Source: Frankia alni (GTDB lineage Bacteria > Actinomycetota > Actinomycetes > Frankiales > Frankiaceae). From it: 64,000 bases of DNA. The notes under the pieces were generated by a model that worked only from the letters and a program-made list of their open reading frames with translations, was not told where the DNA came from and ran no database searches. Numbering within the stretch: position 1 is the stretch's first letter; every line of letters begins with the position of its first letter. A program made the position numbers and the translations under genes. The stretch is taken from NCBI GenBank assembly GCA_026225295.1, contig JAMFSN010000116.1:32938-96937 (forward strand), read 5' to 3'. Below, one piece after another: positions 45,506 to 54,512 of the stretch.

Positions 45506-47199
45506 AGGGCCGTCGGGCGTTGATCGTGGTCGGCCTGGCCGTCGCCGCCGTGATCGGGCTGGCCGGGCCGGCGTCGGCCCACGCCGTCCTCCAGCAGACG
45601 GTTCCCGAGGCCGGCGGCACCATCAGCTCCGCACCCCGCCAGGTGGTCCTCGATTTCGACGAAACGGTCGGGATCGACGCCGGCTCGGTGCAGGTCCTCG
45701 ACGCGGCCGGGCACCGGGTCGACGACGGCGGGAGCCGCCACGGCCGCGCCGGATCCTTCGTGGTGGTCGGCCTGCGGTCGGGTCTGGCGAACGGAACCTA
45801 CGTGGTGAGCTGGCGGGCGACCTCGGCCGACAGCCATCCGGTGGCCGGAGCGTTCACGTTCGGGGTCGGGGTCCGGCCGGATGTCACCGCCGCGGCCCGG
45901 ATCGGTGACCGGAGCGGTTCGGCGGCGGTCGGGTGGGCGGACGGGATCGCCCGGTTCGTCGCCGAACTGGGCCTGGTGCTGGCCCTGGGCGGCGGCGCGT
46001 TCCTGGTCGGCCTGTGGCCGGCCGGTCTGGGCCGACGGGGACCCCGGCTGGTACTGATCACCGGCGGGACGCTCACGATCGTCGCGGCGGTCGCCCTGCT
46101 CGGGCTCGAAGGCCCGTACGGCGCCGGGCTCGGCCTGGCCGCGGCGGGCCGGTGGTCGCTGCTGTCCCAGACCTTGCGCACCCGCTACGGCCACCTCGCG
46201 CTGCTCCGGATCCTGCTCGTCGGCCTGGCGGCGCCCCTGCTCCGGCTGGTCGCGGAAGCCGCCGCGACCGACCGGCCCCCCAGCCCCACCGGGCCCGGCA
46301 CCGGGATCCGGCGCCCCGCCCCGGACCGGTGGGCGACCGCCGCGCTGGCGGTGATCGGGATCGCGGCGGCGGCGACGCTCGCGGACGCGGGCCACGCCGG
46401 AACCGGCGGCGGGGCGGCGCTCGCCACCACGAGCCTCACCCTGCACATCACGGCGATCTGCGTCTGGCTCGGCGGGCTGGTGGTGCTGGGCGGATTCCTG
46501 CTGCGCCGCGACGACGCCCCGGTGCTGGCCCGACTGATGCCGCGCTGGTCGCGGGTGGCGATCGTCGCGGTGACGGTGGTCGCCGGCACGGGGCTGTACC
46601 AGGCGGGGCGGGAGATCGGCCCGCTCGGTGCGGTCACCGGGACCGGTTACGGACAGCTGGTGGCGCTCAAGGTGGTCCTGTTCGCGGCCATGCTGGGCTG
46701 CGGGGCGCTGGCCAACCGGTGGGTCGCGCAACGTCGTCGCCGGCCGGTCGGCGACGGTCCGCGCGAGGTGGGGCTCCTGCGCCGACTGGTCGCCGTCGAA
46801 GCGGCCGTCGGCGCGATCGTCCTGCTGGTCACGGCCGTGCTGGTCAACGAACAGCCCGGGCGCACCTCCTACGCGCCGACGGTCGCGCGGACCATCACGA
46901 CCGGTCCGCTGACGGCCCAGATCGATATCTCACCGACCCGGCGGGGCCCGGAGACCGTCCACGTCTACGTGTTCGACCAGCAGGGCCGGCCACGCGCCGT
47001 CCAACAGGTGACCGGCCAGATTTCGCTGCCCGGCCGGGGCGTCGGACCGCTGGCCGTCCCGTTCATCGCCGGTGGGCCGGCCCACGCCATCGCCGACGCT
47101 CTCGATGTGCCGTTCCCGGGGGAGTGGCAGCTCGCCGTCACGATCCGGGTGGACGACTTCGACCAGTACCCGGCGGTGGTGAACTACCGGGTCCGGTAG
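45502..47199 (+). CDS. copper resistance CopC-CopD fusion protein with C-terminal YtkA/FixH-like domain
   Basis: Signal ...GPASA|HAVLQQTVPEAGG, and GTYVVSWRATSADSHPVAGAFTFGV (CopC). Then a multi-TM CopD region and a beta-rich tail. The track ORF 44392-47199 is out of frame with the real upstream gene; the true start is GTG 45502. Confidence 0.85.
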   Translation: MKGRRALIVVGLAVAAVIGLAGPASAHAVLQQTVPEAGGTISSAPRQVVLDFDETVGIDAGSVQVLDAAGHRVDDGGSRHGRAGSFVVVGLRSGLANGTYVVSWRATSADSHPVAGAFTFGVGVRPDVTAAARIGDRSGSAAVGWADGIARFVAELGLVLALGGGAFLVGLWPAGLGRRGPRLVLITGGTLTIVAAVALLGLEGPYGAGLGLAAAGRWSLLSQTLRTRYGHLALLRILLVGLAAPLLRLVAEAAATDRPPSPTGPGTGIRRPAPDRWATAALAVIGIAAAATLADAGHAGTGGGAALATTSLTLHITAICVWLGGLVVLGGFLLRRDDAPVLARLMPRWSRVAIVAVTVVAGTGLYQAGREIGPLGAVTGTGYGQLVALKVVLFAAMLGCGALANRWVAQRRRRPVGDGPREVGLLRRLVAVEAAVGAIVLLVTAVLVNEQPGRTSYAPTVARTITTGPLTAQIDISPTRRGPETVHVYVFDQQGRPRAVQQVTGQISLPGRGVGPLAVPFIAGGPAHAIADALDVPFPGEWQLAVTIRVDDFDQYPAVVNYRVR

Positions 47200-47315
47200 G
47201 ACCAGAACCCGGCCCGGTGCGACGCGGTCCGACGCGAGAAACGTGGCCGGGCCGAGGTCCATCCGCCGTAGGCTGATCCCATGCCGGGCGGGGATCGCGG
47301 ACGGACCGCGCCGCG

Positions 47316-47993
47316 ATGACCGACCGGCAGCGTGACTGGGTGGACTGGCACGCGCCCTACGACGACCCGGAGTCGCCGCTGGCCCGGCGTCTGCTCCTCG
47401 TGCAGGCCGGCATCGCCGAGGGTCTGGCCGCGGCGCCGCCCGGCCCGGTCCGGGTGATCAGCGTCTGCGCGGGCCAGGGGCGCGACCTGCTGGGCGTGCT
47501 GCCGGACCATCCCCGGCGCGACGACGTGACCGCCCGCCTGGTCGAGTTGGACCCGCGCAACGCCCAGGTCGCCCGGGACGCGGTTGCGGCCGCCGGTGTG
47601 GCCGGGGTCGAGGTCGTCACCGGCGATGCCGCGGCGACCGACGCCTACACCAATGCGACGCCGGCCAACCTGGTGGTGGCGGCCGGCATCTTCGGGAACG
47701 TCCCGGACGCCGACATCCGGCGGACGATCGAGCTGCTCCCGACCCTGTGCGCCCCGGGTGCGGTGGTGGTCTGGACGCGGAACCGCCGGCCACCCGATCG
47801 CACCCCGGCCATCCGGGAGTGGTTCACCGGCGCCGGTTTCGGCGAACTGTGGTTCTCCGGGCCGGTCGGCGACACCTGGATCGGAGCCGGGGCGGTCCGC
47901 CTCGAGCGGGATCCACCGCCGTTCCGGCCCGGCCTGACCATGTTCCGCTTCGTTGCCACGGCCCGGGACGCAACGCCCCGCGGCTATCGCTGA
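47316..47993 (+). CDS. class I SAM-dependent methyltransferase
   Basis: VISVCAGQGRDLL (motif I-like), LVELDP, AAGIFGNV. 225 aa. Confidence 0.7.
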   Translation: MTDRQRDWVDWHAPYDDPESPLARRLLLVQAGIAEGLAAAPPGPVRVISVCAGQGRDLLGVLPDHPRRDDVTARLVELDPRNAQVARDAVAAAGVAGVEVVTGDAAATDAYTNATPANLVVAAGIFGNVPDADIRRTIELLPTLCAPGAVVVWTRNRRPPDRTPAIREWFTGAGFGELWFSGPVGDTWIGAGAVRLERDPPPFRPGLTMFRFVATARDATPRGYR

Positions 47994-48019
47994 GGCCCGG
48001 GGACCGGACCGGGGCCGGG

Positions 48020-48134
48020 GCGGTGTGAGTGTCCTGGTGTGACGCCCGTCACGGGCACCGAGCACCTGCCGGTCGAGGTCCGGCCGGTGGTGTTCACGGC
48101 CGGCTACGGACTCGCGGAACCGGACCTGGCTTGA
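48020..48134 (+). pseudogene. remnant of a YCII-related gene (C-terminal ~35 codons only)
   Basis: ...ECPGVTPVTGTEHLPVEVRPVVF...* resembles a YCII C-terminus. Its TGA overlaps the TTG of the sigma remnant, the usual YCII-sigma operon junction. Confidence 0.35.
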
Positions 48135-48640
48135 GCGACGGGGCGGTCGAGGACCTGCTGCGCCACAGCGGGCCGCGGGTCCTCGGCGCCCTGCTCCGCC
48201 GGCACGGCCACCATCGGCGAGGCCGCCGGGCTGCTCGCGCGCACCATCGCGACCGCTCCGCTCGGGCCGTACCAGCTCCAGGCGGCCATCGCGGCCGGGC
48301 ACGCCGAAGCGGCCCGCGACGCCGACGCCGACTGGCGTCAGATCGTCATCCTGTACGACCTGCTCGAACGACGATCGGACAATCCGGTCGTCACCCTCCA
48401 CCGGGCGGTCGCGGTCGGCCTGGCCGACGGCCCGGCGGCCGGTCTCGCGGTCCTCGACTCGGTGGCCGCGGACCCCCGGCTGAGGCGCAGCCACCGACCG
48501 GACGCCGCCCGCGCCCATCTCCTCGAGCGGCTCGGCGGCCGCCCCGGGGCCCACGAGCACTACCGCCGGGCCGCCCGGGCCGCCCTCAACCAGCGCGAAC
48601 GGTGATACCTGGAAGAGCGGGCCGCAGCCACCGGACCGAC
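48131..48640 (+). pseudogene. remnant of an ECF-type sigma factor with DUF6596-like C-terminal domain
   Basis: N-terminal LSDGAVEDLLRHSGPRVLGALLRRHG joins out of frame (about 48205-48215) to the C-terminal ...APLGPYQLQAAIAAGHAEAARDADADWRQIVILYDLLERRSDNPVVTLHRAVAV...RAHLLERLG. In-frame TGA at 48603. About 250 codons are missing. Confidence 0.6.
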
Positions 48641-48646
48641 CGGCGG

Positions 48647-49207
48647 TCAGCCCGGTTCCGGGACGAAGGCCGGCAGCCCGTCGATGCTGGCCGCGTTCTT
48701 CCGGGCCCGGTAGTGCCGCAGCTTCTCGGGGCCCCGCCGTTCGTTCGACCGGTCGAGGACGTCGCGTTCCTCGACCATCGCCAGGCGGGGCACCGAATAC
48801 CCGCAGGAGTCCGAGATCCGCTCGAGCTCGACGACGACGACGGCCCGGGGCCCCGCGTGCCGGTCGGGGAACCGGCCGGCCAGCTCGGCGAAGCCGGGGT
48901 CGGTGGCGGCGACCACATGTCCCTGCCCGTAGAGCCGCACGATCTTCGGTGGCCCGTCGAAGGCGCAGAACATGACGGTGATCCGGCCGTTCTCCCGAAG
49001 ATGGGCGGCCGTCTCGCAGCCGCTGCCGGTCAGGTCGAGATAGGCGACCGAGGTCGGAGAGACCACGACGAAGGTGTCGGCGTAGCCCTTGGGGGAGACG
49101 TTGACGTGACCGCCCGGGCCACTGGGCGCCGTGGCCACGAAAAAAACGGGCTGTCGGCCGATGAAGGCGCCCAGCCGGTCGTCGAGTTCGGTGTAGGTCT
49201 GGCCCAT
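48647..49207 (-). CDS. pyridoxamine 5'-phosphate oxidase family protein
   Basis: FIGRQPVFFVATAPSGPGGHVNVSPKG...YLDLTGSGCETAAHLRENGRITVMFCAF is typical of this PNPOx-like subfamily. Confidence 0.8.
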   Translation of the reverse strand: MGQTYTELDDRLGAFIGRQPVFFVATAPSGPGGHVNVSPKGYADTFVVVSPTSVAYLDLTGSGCETAAHLRENGRITVMFCAFDGPPKIVRLYGQGHVVAATDPGFAELAGRFPDRHAGPRAVVVVELERISDSCGYSVPRLAMVEERDVLDRSNERRGPEKLRHYRARKNAASIDGLPAFVPEPG

Positions 49208-49302
49208 CCGGCCCACCTCCGGGGTTGTTTATTGTCGCACGTCTGGAATGGGCGCCGGCACCGCCCCGACCCCGGCCGCATACTGACGAAATCACCCGGT
49301 GT

Positions 49303-49326
49303 CATCTGTCGGATACCCGACAGATG
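49303..49326. other. 10-bp perfect stem / 4-nt loop hairpin or 24-bp palindrome in a divergent promoter region
   Basis: catctgtcgg atac ccgacagatg, about 95 nt upstream of the PNPOx-like start and about 57 nt upstream of the riboswitch. Confidence 0.4.
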
Positions 49327-49382
49327 TGGGCCAGTGTTGTGATGAGGGTGGTTGTCACCGCTAGGCGGTCAAACGCTATGTT

Positions 49383-49600
49383 GCGCCTACACAAAGTATC
49401 CGCATCGGGCGCAAAGCGCCCAGTCCTGCCCGGGCGCCCGATGTCCCCTCGATCAGCAAGTGGGCAGGAGCGGGGGAACCACACGTTCCGCCGGGCGGGG
49501 ATCCCTCCGATCCACGCCCTGGGGTGAAGTCGCACGGCGGGTGACCGCCGGTTGACCGGGCCACCCAGCCCGAACCCGACAGCTCACCTCGCAGGCGCAC
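49383..49600 (+). promoter_or_regulatory. ydaO-yuaA (cyclic-di-AMP) riboswitch
   Basis: Conserved blocks AGCGGGGGAACCA, CCGCC, GGGGUGAAG and 3' CCCGAACCCGACAGCUCACCUCGCAGGCG. P1 candidate gcgcctac (49383-49390) pairs with gcaggcgc (49591-49598). RBS gggaagga and a TTG start follow immediately. The downstream gene is NlpC/P60, a classic ydaO target. Confidence 0.8.
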
Positions 49601-49614
49601 GGGAAGGACGTCAG

Positions 49615-51312
49615 TTGCCTCGTCGTCCCGCTTCGGGATTCCCCGACGACCGCGGTTACCCGGTCGTCGGTGGAAATACCGCCGACCCCACCCGGTCCGG
49701 CGGCAATCACGACGAGCTGACCCGTTACGACCGCCCGACCGGCTACGAAGCGCCGGCCGGTTACCCGGCCCCCACCCGCTACCCGGTCCGGTCCGGGTAC
49801 GAGACGCCCGCCGGTCACCCGGCCCGCGGCGCCTACCCGGCGCCGGCCGCGCCCGTGGCGGCGCCCGGCGACGGGGACACCCAGCACATCCAGCGTCCGT
49901 CGGCCCGGCCCGGCCCGGCCGCCCGGGACACCTACCCCGCCGCACCGTCCTACCTCAACGGTTCGTCCCCCGCCACGTCGTCCTACCCGGCCCGGGACGG
50001 TTCCGTTTCCGGCGCGACCCGGTACGGCAGCGCGGTCTACGCCCGGCCCGGCCCGGCCACCCCGGCCATGGACCCCCGGGCCCGGCCCGACCGCCCGGCC
50101 CGGCCGCAGCCGTCCCATGAGTACCCGTCCCACGAGCACCCCAGCCACGAGCGCCCGGCCCACGACCATCGGCGCGGGAACGCGGCGGGCCGGGCCCGCC
50201 CGGTCGGTGGGAGCGCGACCGGTCCCCTTGATGCGCCCGGCCACGATGAGCTGCCCGCCGAGCCCCCGGCCACCGGGGCCCACCGGCGCTCCCGGGACGG
50301 GCTGAAGGCCAGCCGCGACAGTCTCAAGGGGCTGGTGAGCCGGGGCGGTGGCGAACCCGGCCGACGGGCCACCCGCCGGCTGTCCACCCCGTCGCGCCGC
50401 ACGATGACGATTGCCGCGGTCACCACCGGCACCATCGCGGCGTCCACCGCCGCCTTCGCGGGCGTCACCCCCGGCGGCGGCGCCGACGGCGGGTCCGAGG
50501 CGTCCCTCATCGGTAACAGCAGCAGCAGCTCGGGCGCCCCCCTGCTGCTCAACATCGCGCAGTCGGTCGCCGACACCGAAGCGGTCGCCACGGCGGTGTC
50601 GATCACGCCGGACCACGCCAGCGTCGCCCCCAACGCGCCGGTCATGCTGAGCGTCCGGGCGGTCCAGTCCGGCGGTGCGCCCCTGGCCGACCAGCCCGTC
50701 CGGGTGGTGGTGGCGATCGGCACCACCTGGCGGACGACCGCCGTCCTGCGGACCGACGCCAGCGGTCGCGCCTCGATTCCGGCCCACCTGCTGACCACCA
50801 CCAAGGTCTCGGTGATCTTCGACGGCACCGGGGCCCTGCGCCCGGCGCTGGCCAGCGCGACCACCGTCAACGTGGTCGTCCCGCAACAGCCGACCACCGG
50901 CGGCGGCGGGGGCGGGGGCATCAACCCGGCCGACGTCGGCCTGACCAACGCCCCGGGCAGCACCATCGGCTCGAAGGCCGTGTACCTGGCCTCGCTGCAG
51001 AGGGGCAAGCCCTACGTCTGGGGCGCGACCGGGCCCTACTCCTTCGACTGCTCCGGGCTCGTGCAGTACGTCTACAAGCAGCTCGGCCGGTACCTGCCGC
51101 GGACCGCGGAGTCGCAGTACGAGTCGACCACCCGGATCGCCCAGTCGGCGAAGCAGCCCGGGGACCTGATCTTCTTCGGTTCGCCGGGGGACATCTACCA
51201 CGTGGCGATTTACGCGGGCAACGGCTACATCTGGCAGGCTCCGCAGACCGGTGAGACCGTGCAGCTCGTCCCGATCTGGAGTTCCAGCTACTACGTGGGT
51301 CGCGTCCTGTAG
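49615..51312 (+). CDS. NlpC/P60 family cell-wall hydrolase with long Pro/Tyr/Gly-rich N-terminal region, TM anchor and Ig-like domain
   Basis: C-terminal PYVWGATGPYSFDCSGLVQYVY...GDLIFF...HVAIYAGNGYIWQAP (Cys-His NlpC/P60). N-terminal repeats of the type PxGY. TTG start at 49615 after gggaagga. Confidence 0.85.
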   Translation: MPRRPASGFPDDRGYPVVGGNTADPTRSGGNHDELTRYDRPTGYEAPAGYPAPTRYPVRSGYETPAGHPARGAYPAPAAPVAAPGDGDTQHIQRPSARPGPAARDTYPAAPSYLNGSSPATSSYPARDGSVSGATRYGSAVYARPGPATPAMDPRARPDRPARPQPSHEYPSHEHPSHERPAHDHRRGNAAGRARPVGGSATGPLDAPGHDELPAEPPATGAHRRSRDGLKASRDSLKGLVSRGGGEPGRRATRRLSTPSRRTMTIAAVTTGTIAASTAAFAGVTPGGGADGGSEASLIGNSSSSSGAPLLLNIAQSVADTEAVATAVSITPDHASVAPNAPVMLSVRAVQSGGAPLADQPVRVVVAIGTTWRTTAVLRTDASGRASIPAHLLTTTKVSVIFDGTGALRPALASATTVNVVVPQQPTTGGGGGGGINPADVGLTNAPGSTIGSKAVYLASLQRGKPYVWGATGPYSFDCSGLVQYVYKQLGRYLPRTAESQYESTTRIAQSAKQPGDLIFFGSPGDIYHVAIYAGNGYIWQAPQTGETVQLVPIWSSSYYVGRVL

Positions 51313-51341
51313 GTCCCGTCCGGTCCGCTAGCGTCAGGGCC

Positions 51342-51935
51342 GTGACGGCGTCGGTGGTCCCGAGCGATCGGGTCCTGACCGTCCCCAACCTGCTCTCGGC
51401 GCTGCGTCTGGTCGGCGTCCCGATCTTCCTGTGGCTGGTCCTCGGTCCCCACGACGACGGCATCGCGTTCGCGATCCTGGCCTTCGCCGGGGTGAGCGAC
51501 TACCTGGACGGCAAGCTGGCCCGGGCCCTGAACCAGACCAGCCGCCTCGGGGTGGTGCTCGACCCGCTCGCCGACCGGCTCTACATTCTCGCGACGATCA
51601 TCGCGTTGACGGTCCGCGACATCGTGCCCTGGTGGTTCGCGGTCGTGCTGCTCAGCCGGGACGTGATCCTGCTCGGCATCCCGCCGGTCCTGCGCCGGTT
51701 GGGGTACGGCCCGACCCTGCCGGTCCACTTCATCGGCAAGGCCGCCACGTTCAACCTGCTGTACGCGTTTCCGCTGCTGCTGCTGTCGGACGGCGATTCG
51801 TGGCTGGCCACCGCCGCCCGGCCGGCCGGGTGGGCGTTCGCGATCTGGGGTACGGCCCTGTACTGGTGGTCGGGAATCCTGTATTGGGTGCAGATTGTCG
51901 GACTTGCCCGTCAGGGCTCCCCAGCGCGGAGGTGA
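51342..51935 (+). CDS. CDP-alcohol phosphatidyltransferase family protein (PgsA2 / cardiolipin-synthase-like)
   Basis: DYLDGKLARALNQTSRLGVVLDPLADR is the CDP-OH-P motif D(x)2DG(x)2AR...G(x)3D(x)3D. Position equivalent to Rv1822. Confidence 0.9.
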   Translation: MTASVVPSDRVLTVPNLLSALRLVGVPIFLWLVLGPHDDGIAFAILAFAGVSDYLDGKLARALNQTSRLGVVLDPLADRLYILATIIALTVRDIVPWWFAVVLLSRDVILLGIPPVLRRLGYGPTLPVHFIGKAATFNLLYAFPLLLLSDGDSWLATAARPAGWAFAIWGTALYWWSGILYWVQIVGLARQGSPARR

Positions 51936-51941
51936 CGTCGG

Positions 51942-54443
51942 ATGAGGGCAGTCGTGATGGCGGGTGGCGGGGGCACCCGTTTACGGCCGATGACGGCGAA
52001 CCTGCCCAAGCCCCTGCTGCCGGTGGTCAACCGGCCGATCATGGAACACGTGCTGCGGCTGCTCAAGCGGCACGGCTTCGACGAGACGGTCGTGACCGTG
52101 CAGTTCCTGGCCGCGATGGTCCGGACGTACTTCGGCGACGGCGACGACCTCGGCATGCACCTGGACTACGCCACCGAACCGACCCCGCTGGGGACCGCCG
52201 GCAGCGTCAAGAACGCCCAGGACGCCCTGCGGGACGATCCGTTCCTGGTCATCAGCGGCGACGCCCTGACCGACATCGACCTCAGCGGCCTGGTTGATTT
52301 CCACCGCCGGCACGGCGCGCTGGTCACGGTGGCCCTGAAATCGGTCCCGAACCCGTTGGAGTTCGGCATCGTGATCACCGACGGGGACGGCCGGATCGAA
52401 CGTTTCCTCGAGAAACCGACCTGGGGCCAGGTCTTCTCCGACACGGTGAACACCGGCATCTACATCATGGAGCCCGAGGTCCTGGCGTCGGTTCCGGCCG
52501 GGGTCCCGGTCGACTGGTCCCAGGACGTGTTCCCGGCCCTGGTCGAGGCGGGCGCCCCGGTGTACGGCTGCGTGGTCGACGGCTACTGGGAGGACGTCGG
52601 CACGATCGACACCTTCCGGCGGGCCCAGGCCGACGTGCTCAACCGGCGGGTCGACATCGAGATCGGCGGGTTCGAGGTCTCACCCGGGGTGTGGATCGGC
52701 GAGGAGGCCGACGTCCACCCGGACGCGGTGCTCAAGGGTCCGCTGGTCGTGGGCGACTACGCGCGGGTCGAGGCGGGCGCCGAACTGCGCGAGTTCACCG
52801 TTCTGGGCAACAACGTCGTCGTGAAGCAGGGCGCGTTCGTCCACCGGGCCGTGATCGCCGACAACGTCCTGATCGGGCCCCGGGCCAACCTGCGCGGCTG
52901 CGTGATCGGGCGGGGCAGCGACGTCCTGCGGGCGGCCCGCGTCGAAGAGGGCGCGGTGGTCGGCGACGAGTGCGTCATCGAGGAGGAGGCCTACCTCGCC
53001 CACGACGTGAAGGTCTACCCGTTCAAGACGATCGAAGCGGGCGCGGTGGTCAACACCAGCGTGATCTGGGAATCGCGCGGGCAGCGCTCGCTGTTCGGGC
53101 CGCGCGGGGTCAGCGGCCTGGTCAACGTCGAGATCACCCCGGAACGCGCGGTCCGGCTGGCCAGCGCGTTCGCCACCACCCTGCGCAAGGGCTCGGTCGT
53201 GACCACCGCCCGGGACAGCTCCCGGGCCGCCCGGGCCCTCAAACGGGCCGTGATCAGCGCCCTGAACGCCAGCGCCCTCGACATCCGCGACCTCGAGGTG
53301 GCCCCGATGCCGGTCACCCGGTTCGACGTCCGGTCGTCCGGCGCCGCCGGGGGGATCATGCTGCGGACCACCCCGGGCGACGCGGAGAGCATCGACATCG
53401 TCTTCCTCGATGCGGAAGGGGCGGATCTCTCGCCGGCCGCCCAACGCAAGCTCGACCGGGTCTTCTCCCGCCAGGAGTTCCGGCGGGCCTTCCCGGGCGA
53501 GATTGGCGAACTGCGGTTCCCCGGCCGGATGGCCGAGAGCTACACGCTCGACCTGCTCGACCGGGTCGACGTCACCGGGCTGGCCGGATCTGATCTCAAG
53601 GTGGTGGTCGACCCGGCCGGCGGCGCCGCGTCCCAGGTGCTCCCGAGCCTGCTCGGTCGGCTGGGGGTCGACGCGCTGACCATCAACGGCCGGCTGGACG
53701 AGAGCGCGGCGGCCCTGGGCCCGGCCGACCGGACCCGGGCCCTGGACCGCCTCGGCGCCCTGGTGGCCAGCTCCCGGGCGTCGTTCGGGGTCCGGTTCGA
53801 CCACGACGCCGAGCGGCTGTCGATCGTGGACGAGCGGGGCGCGCTGATCGACGACGACCGGGCCCTGCTGGTGTTCCTCGACCTGATCGCGGCCGAGAAC
53901 CGGGGCCGGCAGGTTGCCCTGCCGGTCACCGTGACCCGGGTCGCCGAACAGGTCACCGGTTTCCACGGCCTGGCCGTCCGGCGGACCTCCACCTCGCCCT
54001 CCGACCTGGCCCGGGCGGCGGCCGAGCCCGAGGTGGTCTTCGCGGCCGACGGGCGGGGCGGCTTCGTGGTGGGGGAGTTCGCGCCGGCCATCGACGCGCT
54101 GGCCGCCTTCGTCCGGCTGTTGGGGCTGGTCGCCCGCACGAAGCTGACGCTGTCGGCGATCGACGCCCGGATCCCGGCCGCGACCGTCGTCCGGCGTTCG
54201 GTTCCGACGCCCTGGGCGGACAAGGGGGCGGTCATGCGGCGGGTCGTCGAGGCGGTCGACCGCGACGGCGGATACCTGGTCGACACCACCGACGGCGTCC
54301 GGGTCGTCGGCCCGGACGACTCCTGGGTGCTGGTCCTGCCGGATCCGGCCGAACCGGTCACCCACCTGTGGGCCGAAGGGCCCGACCCGGCGGCGTCGGC
54401 GGGGTTGCTCCAGCGCTGGGCGGCCGTCGTGGAACCGGCCTGA
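51942..54443 (+). CDS. bifunctional sugar-1-phosphate nucleotidyltransferase / phosphohexomutase-like protein (about 830-aa actinobacterial type)
   Basis: N-terminus MAGGGGTRLRPMTANLPKPLLPV, left-handed beta-helix hexapeptide region, then a phosphomannomutase-like C-terminal half. Confidence 0.9.
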   Translation: MRAVVMAGGGGTRLRPMTANLPKPLLPVVNRPIMEHVLRLLKRHGFDETVVTVQFLAAMVRTYFGDGDDLGMHLDYATEPTPLGTAGSVKNAQDALRDDPFLVISGDALTDIDLSGLVDFHRRHGALVTVALKSVPNPLEFGIVITDGDGRIERFLEKPTWGQVFSDTVNTGIYIMEPEVLASVPAGVPVDWSQDVFPALVEAGAPVYGCVVDGYWEDVGTIDTFRRAQADVLNRRVDIEIGGFEVSPGVWIGEEADVHPDAVLKGPLVVGDYARVEAGAELREFTVLGNNVVVKQGAFVHRAVIADNVLIGPRANLRGCVIGRGSDVLRAARVEEGAVVGDECVIEEEAYLAHDVKVYPFKTIEAGAVVNTSVIWESRGQRSLFGPRGVSGLVNVEITPERAVRLASAFATTLRKGSVVTTARDSSRAARALKRAVISALNASALDIRDLEVAPMPVTRFDVRSSGAAGGIMLRTTPGDAESIDIVFLDAEGADLSPAAQRKLDRVFSRQEFRRAFPGEIGELRFPGRMAESYTLDLLDRVDVTGLAGSDLKVVVDPAGGAASQVLPSLLGRLGVDALTINGRLDESAAALGPADRTRALDRLGALVASSRASFGVRFDHDAERLSIVDERGALIDDDRALLVFLDLIAAENRGRQVALPVTVTRVAEQVTGFHGLAVRRTSTSPSDLARAAAEPEVVFAADGRGGFVVGEFAPAIDALAAFVRLLGLVARTKLTLSAIDARIPAATVVRRSVPTPWADKGAVMRRVVEAVDRDGGYLVDTTDGVRVVGPDDSWVLVLPDPAEPVTHLWAEGPDPAASAGLLQRWAAVVEPA

Positions 54444-54447
54444 GCCC

Positions 54448-54492
54448 TTTTTCTTTCCGAAGGGACAGCCTTTTCCTTCCGAAGGGACAGAA
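54448..54492. repeat. 22-bp tandem duplication just after the stop of the 833-aa gene
   Basis: tttt-c-tttccgaagggacag-cc / tttt-c-cttccgaagggacag-aa. Confidence 0.85.
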
Positions 54493-54512
54493 CAGCCGGC
54501 CGACGCGGCAGA

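Noticed and set aside
49352-49382. Promoter TTGTCA-N19-TATGTT for the riboswitch transcript.
   Set aside because: The spacer is too long, and the predicted start would cut into the proposed P1 helix. It is not supportable without TSS data.
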